A DNA stretch of 61,726 nt, the filler included. It is 6 parts of 6 records of this genome, joined end to end, with 100 filler letters (N's around TTAATTAATTAA, not from the genome) between each part and the next. Parts side by side here need not be neighbours in the genome. Positions count along the whole stretch, not along the records: positions 44,009 to 61,726 come from DRR723986_11804; 5 more parts are not named here. The stretch is one strand, 5' to 3'. The notes under the pieces are model-generated. The model was not told the origin of the DNA. It did not search any database and was given only the letters and a program-made list of their open reading frames with translations. Below are positions 56,841-61,726 of the stretch, one piece after another (position 1 is the stretch's first letter; each line of letters begins with the position of its first letter). The translations under genes and the position numbers were made by a program.

Positions 56841-57869
56841 CTAGCGACTGAGCGACTCGATCGCTTCACACGCTCGCGCGATGTAGCGGCTGGCGTCTAA
56901 GTGGGTGACAAAGCGGATTTTCTGCTCCGCGATTGGAAGAGCCAGAACCGATTGAGCCTCCAGTTTTTCGCATACGGTTTTGGCGTTTCCGATGGCTGGG
57001 TCAACTTCACAAATAACGATATTGGTTTGCGGCCGAGCCGGGAGCGAGAATCCTTTGGCAAGTTCGATAGCGCTGCCCAGTTGCTTCGCGGCGGTGTGAT
57101 CATCGCTCAGGCGTTGCGTGTTGTGTTCTAGTGCGTAAAGTGCAGCAGCACTGAGCACGCCCGACTGACGCATTCCTCCACCCAGCATCTTTCGGGCCCG
57201 CCGGGCCCGGCGAATGGTTTCGCGAGGACCAATGAGTGCAGAGCCAACTGGTGCGCCGAGCCCCTTGGAAAAGCAAACACTGATCGTATCGAACGGGGCG
57301 GCTAGTTCCGCGGGTGTTGAGTCACCACCAACGACCGCGTTAAAGAATCTTGCCCCGTCTAGGTGCATCGAAATGCTGTTTCGCTTCGCGGCTGCGCTAA
57401 TCGCCTGGACGGTTTCTGGTGGTTGAATCACACCACCGGCCATGTTGTGCGTATTTTCCAGTGCCCACATGCTGGTTCGCGAGTAGTGGTCGTCTTCCGG
57501 CTGCAAGCTACTTTCGAATTGTTCCGCAGATAGGATGCCTCCTTGCCCGTTGAGCGTCAGGCACGGGACTCCGCTGAGTTGTGCGTAGCCTCCCTGTTCG
57601 TAGTTGAAGAGGTGGCATTTTGATTCGCATACAAATCGTTCGTCGCGGCCACAGTGCAGGCGAATCGCAATTTGATTCGCCATCGTGCCACTGGCCACAA
57701 ATACAGCGGCCTCTTTTCCAAGTAGCTTGGCAATGCACTCTTCGAGGGCACGCGTAGTTGGATCACCGTCGAGCACGTCGTCTCCGACCGGCGCGGTCGC
57801 CATCGCCTCGATCATTTCTGGGGATGGTCGCGTCACGGTGTCGCTGCGGAGATCGACTGGTCGGTCCAT
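56841..57869 (-). CDS. ltaE: low-specificity L-threonine aldolase
   Basis: [45 protein letters not shown]. Confidence 0.95.
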   Translation of the reverse strand: MDRPVDLRSDTVTRPSPEMIEAMATAPVGDDVLDGDPTTRALEECIAKLLGKEAAVFVASGTMANQIAIRLHCGRDERFVCESKCHLFNYEQGGYAQLSGVPCLTLNGQGGILSAEQFESSLQPEDDHYSRTSMWALENTHNMAGGVIQPPETVQAISAAAKRNSISMHLDGARFFNAVVGGDSTPAELAAPFDTISVCFSKGLGAPVGSALIGPRETIRRARRARKMLGGGMRQSGVLSAAALYALEHNTQRLSDDHTAAKQLGSAIELAKGFSLPARPQTNIVICEVDPAIGNAKTVCEKLEAQSVLALPIAEQKIRFVTHLDASRYIARACEAIESLSR

Positions 57870-57983
57870 GTTCCTGGTCTTCGATTTTGGGTTATGCGTC
57901 TAGCGGACCGCCGCGCGACAACCGGCCGGGAGCTATTTTGAGTGGGTGGTGAATCTATGCATTGTGTGTCTCTACACAGCGAC

Positions 57984-58062
57984 CCTCTGCAGATCCTCTG
58001 CGTGGGTGACAAATCCTCTGCGCGGTGACTCGACGAGAGACGCAGAGATTCTCAGGCAGAGG
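57984..58062. repeat. REP-like CCTCTGC/GCAGAG cluster
   Basis: CCTCTGC at 57984, 57995 and 58015; inverted GCAGAG at about 58042 and 58056. Confidence 0.5.
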
Positions 58063-58395
58063 CAGATTCTACTCCAACGATCTTCGATTCAACACCTCGC
58101 CAATCGCCCAGCGCAACAGTAACCTTGGCCAACCCAGACCTGGATTCGCTGTGAATGCCCTGACGCAGCGAAGTACCGGCGAACGAGTCGAATGCGGCGT
58201 GGCTGGGCCTTTTCGATCTTGCCAGCAACAGATAGGTTGAACCATCCAGTAGCAATCATGTCGTAACTCTCGAATGCCCGCCCGGCTGGGTGAAAAGGAT
58301 GGCCGCTGGTTGGCATGATCTGTGAAGTGGCCACTGGCCGCTCGGTTATCCAGGACCAGTACCAAAATTGATTCAAACCTCCAAACGAACTTGAT

Positions 58396-59754
58396 ATGAG
58401 TCTCCAGATCCCGCGAATTGACGCCTCCCAAGGGGATTTTCAGCAGCAATTTGAAGCTCTCCGCCAACGACTCAGCCCAAGCGGTAATGTTGTGAGCGCG
58501 AAGGGGCGCGAGCTGACCATGCGCGTCTTCGGTGAAGAGCTGCTGCCGGAACAGGTGGTTAAGCGGATTTGTGAAGACGTTCAGCGGGATGGTCGATCGG
58601 CGCTCAACCACTACTCTGAACAGCTTGATGGAAGTGCACCGTCGGGCGAACTGAAGATCGAGAGTTCGCGTCTGGAAGAGGCTCACCAATCGGCCGAGCC
58701 TGAGCTGTTGGAAGCCGTTCGTCGAGTTCGCGACAATGTGCATCAATTCCAGACAGCCATTCTGCACCAAGACGTTTGTCACGCTCCCTCCGATGGTATC
58801 GTGCTTGAGCAACGGTATAGGCCGCTCAGACGAATCGGTGTGTGCGTTCCCGGTGGCGCTGCAGCTTATCCGTCGACCGTGCTCATGACCGTCGTGCCTG
58901 CGCAGGCAGCCGGAGTGAAGGAGATTGCCGTCGTCGCGCCGCCAACGCCCTTCGGTGCTTACAATCAAGATGTGCTCGCCACCTGCCATGAACTTGGTAT
59001 ACGAGAGGTCTATCCAGTCGGCGGGGCTCAGGCAGTCGCTGCAATGGCGTACGGAGTTGACGGACTACCAGCGGTCGACAAAATTGTTGGCCCAGGCAGT
59101 TCGTTCGTTGCTTTGGCGAAACGGCATGTTTATGGACAGGTTGACATTGATTCCATCGCCGGTCCCAGTGAAGTTGTGGTGATCGCCGACGGGACAACCA
59201 ATGCGGCCTACACCGCTGCAGACATGCTGGCTCAAGCGGAGCATTCGCCCGGAGCGAGCATTCTAGTCACTTGGGACAAAGCCCTGGTTGACCGCGTCGA
59301 AGCAGAGTTAGAATTGCAACTGACGTCTCTCAGTCGCAGCGACCTCACCCGCGACAGCTTGAATTCATTCGGTGCCTACATCTTGGTTGAAGATGTTGAT
59401 CAGGCGATCGAGGTAACCAATGCGATCGCACCCGAGCACTTGCATATCGCCTGTGACCGCCCGCGATACGCCGCCGATCGTATCACGACCTCTGGCGCGA
59501 CCTTCGTTGGCCCCTTTAGCCCGGTTGCGTTGGGTGATTATGCGGCAGGACCATCTCACGTACTTCCTACTGGTGGAACGGCTCGCTGGGCTGCGGGCCT
59601 AAACGCGAATTCGTTTCTCAGAAGCAGTAGTTTGATCGAGTATTCGCAGCAAGCTCTAGCGGATATCGGCAAGACAATTGCGACCATCGCCGACAAAGAG
59701 GGCTTAACGGCTCACAAAGAGAGTGTAGAGATCCGCACTCGTGGCGATTCTTGA
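58396..59754 (+). CDS. hisD: histidinol dehydrogenase
   Basis: VPGGAAAYPSTVLM, GGAQAVAAMAYG, AGPSEV, QAEH, APEHL, GDYAAGPSHVLPT. Confidence 0.97.
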   Translation: MSLQIPRIDASQGDFQQQFEALRQRLSPSGNVVSAKGRELTMRVFGEELLPEQVVKRICEDVQRDGRSALNHYSEQLDGSAPSGELKIESSRLEEAHQSAEPELLEAVRRVRDNVHQFQTAILHQDVCHAPSDGIVLEQRYRPLRRIGVCVPGGAAAYPSTVLMTVVPAQAAGVKEIAVVAPPTPFGAYNQDVLATCHELGIREVYPVGGAQAVAAMAYGVDGLPAVDKIVGPGSSFVALAKRHVYGQVDIDSIAGPSEVVVIADGTTNAAYTAADMLAQAEHSPGASILVTWDKALVDRVEAELELQLTSLSRSDLTRDSLNSFGAYILVEDVDQAIEVTNAIAPEHLHIACDRPRYAADRITTSGATFVGPFSPVALGDYAAGPSHVLPTGGTARWAAGLNANSFLRSSSLIEYSQQALADIGKTIATIADKEGLTAHKESVEIRTRGDS

Positions 59755-59779
59755 AAATTTGGTTCTTGTAAGGAACAAA

Positions 59780-60856
59780 ATGTCACACGGCAATCTAGAT
59801 CGTGTCCTTAGCGGGTTGCGTGATCCAATTCAGAAGCTGCTTCCGTACGTGCCTGGTGAACAACCGCGGGGCGGCAAAGCAATCAAGCTGAACACCAATG
59901 AGAATCCGTATCCACCGCCGGCTGCCGCTGTAGCAGCCATTCAGCAAGCCGCGAGCACTTCGCTGCAGCGGTACCCGGATCCTGTTGGAACCGCATTCTG
60001 CATTCAGGCTGCCGAAACGTTCGGCGTCGAACCGGATTGGATTTTATGTGGCAACGGAAGTGACGACATACTGACGGTTCTGACGCGCAGCTTCGTTGGC
60101 GAAGGCGAGAAGCTGCGGTTGCCGTTTCCGAGTTACATCCTCTACCGAACACTTGCCGATCTGCAGGGGGCTGAGTTTGAGGAAGTGAAGTTTAACTCCG
60201 ATTTTTCACTGCCGAGTGAGTTCGCAGCCAAGTCATCGAAGCTGAAGTTCGCATTCCTGCCGAATCCGAACAGCCCCAGCGGTACCGTGATCCCACCTTC
60301 CCAAGTGGCAGAGTTGGCCGATCAACTGAGTTGCCCGCTGTTGGTTGATGAGGCTTATGCTGATTTTGCCGACGAAAATTGCATAGATCTTGTCAAGCAG
60401 AATCCGAATATCATGGTGTCACGCACGATGAGCAAGGCGTATGGGCTGGCGGGATTGCGATTTGGTTTTCTCGTCGCCCAGCCGCAGATCATAGCAAAGC
60501 TACGGCAGGTTAAAGACAGCTACAACTGCGACGCACTCAGTATTGCTGGGGCCGCCGCGGCGCTGGCCGATACCAAGTGGTTGGCAGAAAACACAAAGAA
60601 AGTCATTGCGACCCGAGAGCGAATGACTGACCGACTGCGAGGTTTGGGCTTTGATTGCCCAGATAGCCAGGCCAATTTTGTATGGTGTACCCGTCAAGAT
60701 CGGCCCGTTCAGCCACTTTATGATTCTCTCAAGAGCGACGGCGTTCTTGTCCGCTATATGGACTATGCCGGTTGGGGAGATGGCATTCGCATCAGCGTTG
60801 GCACGGACGAGCAGATTGATGCGTGCCTTTCGTTGCTCAAAGGCTATTTGGCCTAG
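59780..60856 (+). CDS. hisC: histidinol-phosphate aminotransferase
   Basis: KLNTNENPY, GNGSDD, NPNSPSG, DEAYADF, RTMSKAYGLAGLRFG. Confidence 0.96.
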   Translation: MSHGNLDRVLSGLRDPIQKLLPYVPGEQPRGGKAIKLNTNENPYPPPAAAVAAIQQAASTSLQRYPDPVGTAFCIQAAETFGVEPDWILCGNGSDDILTVLTRSFVGEGEKLRLPFPSYILYRTLADLQGAEFEEVKFNSDFSLPSEFAAKSSKLKFAFLPNPNSPSGTVIPPSQVAELADQLSCPLLVDEAYADFADENCIDLVKQNPNIMVSRTMSKAYGLAGLRFGFLVAQPQIIAKLRQVKDSYNCDALSIAGAAAALADTKWLAENTKKVIATRERMTDRLRGLGFDCPDSQANFVWCTRQDRPVQPLYDSLKSDGVLVRYMDYAGWGDGIRISVGTDEQIDACLSLLKGYLA

Positions 60857-60947
60857 GCTTCGGTTCCATGCGGAAGCCATGCTGCTTCCTTAAACCCGCT
60901 TCCGAGCCCGTTTTGACGTCTTGAAAGTTCCTTCGTAAGTCAACTCA

Positions 60948-61538
60948 ATGACCACACGCACCGCCAAAATTCAACGTAGTACGGCCGAAACGCAGATCGA
61001 GCTGGAAATCAATTTAGATGGTTCCGGTGAGAGTTCCATCGATACAGGTGTCGGGTTTCTTGACCACATGCTCACCCTGTTTGCAAAGCACGGACAATTC
61101 GACCTGACAGTCAAGTGCGTCGGTGATACGCAGGTCGACGCGCACCATACAACCGAAGACATCGGAATCTGCCTGGGAAAGACGTTCGCAGAAGCTCTTG
61201 GCGACAAGTCGGGTATTGTTCGATACGGCCACATGGTCCTTCCGATGGAAGAAACCCTGGTTACTGTTGCTGTTGATTTGAGTGGTCGGAACTACGTCGT
61301 ATTCAACGCACCCATTCCGGCAGCCAAGATTGGTGATTTCGACTCAGAGCTTGTCGAAGATTTCTGGTACTCCTTCGCCAGCAACACGCTCTGCAATTTT
61401 CATGTCATGTTGCACTATGGTCGCAACAGTCACCACATTGCTGAGGCTATCTTCAAGGCCTCCGCACGTGCTCTGCGTGCAGCAATTAGCAATGACCCTC
61501 GGCAGAAGGGCGTGCCAAGCTCTAAGGGTGTCCTTTAG
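60948..61538 (+). CDS. hisB: imidazoleglycerol-phosphate dehydratase
   Basis: [35 protein letters not shown]. Confidence 0.97.
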   Translation: MTTRTAKIQRSTAETQIELEINLDGSGESSIDTGVGFLDHMLTLFAKHGQFDLTVKCVGDTQVDAHHTTEDIGICLGKTFAEALGDKSGIVRYGHMVLPMEETLVTVAVDLSGRNYVVFNAPIPAAKIGDFDSELVEDFWYSFASNTLCNFHVMLHYGRNSHHIAEAIFKASARALRAAISNDPRQKGVPSSKGVL

Positions 61539-61685
61539 GAACGAATCGCAGTCTTGTGTTCGCCCAAAAACTTCGCATCTCCGTGAGAGATACTTTGCCT
61601 CGACAACTTCAGGTACGAGGGGTAGATGCGAGGGTGGTAGCGATGCTGGTTAGTGATAGGCTTTGGGGGTAGAGGAAGAAGCGCT

Positions 61686-61708
61686 CACGGAGGCACGGGG
61701 GCACAGAG
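61686..61708 (+). repeat. 8-bp tandem repeat CAC(G/A)G(A/G)GG
   Basis: CACGGAGG-CACGGGGG-CACAGAG. Confidence 0.5.
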
Positions 61709-61726
61709 TTTCTTCGGGCAGAACGA

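Noticed and set aside
58069-58989. 306-aa minus-strand ORF, or a his leader peptide upstream of hisD
   Set aside because: The ORF overlaps hisD antisense; no His-codon-rich leader or attenuator was seen

Overview
The window is not one genome. It is six unrelated contigs joined by artificial 100-nt N/TTAATTAATTAA/N linkers (5591-5690, 12148-12247, 22339-22438, 37325-37424, 43909-44008). Contigs 1-3 (1-22338) are roseobacter/Rhodobacteraceae-type housekeeping DNA: ppk2, MATE, M20 peptidase, hemA with an FNR box, Mrp, a DUF1127 gene flanked by CCUCCUCCC 'cuckoo' sRNAs, uvrD, prfC, a Hint protein, tatABC, nlpD-like and pcm. Contig 4 (22439-37324) is the most interesting. It is a tRNA-anchored, alphaproteobacterial-type, capsid-forming phage satellite (cf-PICI-like). 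It has a complete HK97-type head and packaging operon (portal, fused protease-capsid, decoration-like protein, HNH, cos-like region, TerS, TerL) but no visible neck, tail or lysis genes. It also carries a prim-pol/DUF927 replicon, two related iteron-like origins at opposite ends, and cargo that includes a convergent pair of PilZ (c-di-GMP receptor) genes. Contig 5 (37425-43908) is a sterol-degradation cluster (hsaC-like, split Rv3521-like DUF35 pair, ltp4, ltp3, fadD19-like) plus ggt. Contig 6 (44009-61726) is planctomycete DNA: envelope genes, a tetraheme cytochrome fusion, a class III cyclase with guanylyl-cyclase-like residues, the PVC signature protein, ltaE and hisDCB, plus two candidate unannotated structured RNAs/sORFs. 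All calls come from reading motifs by eye; no database searches were run.
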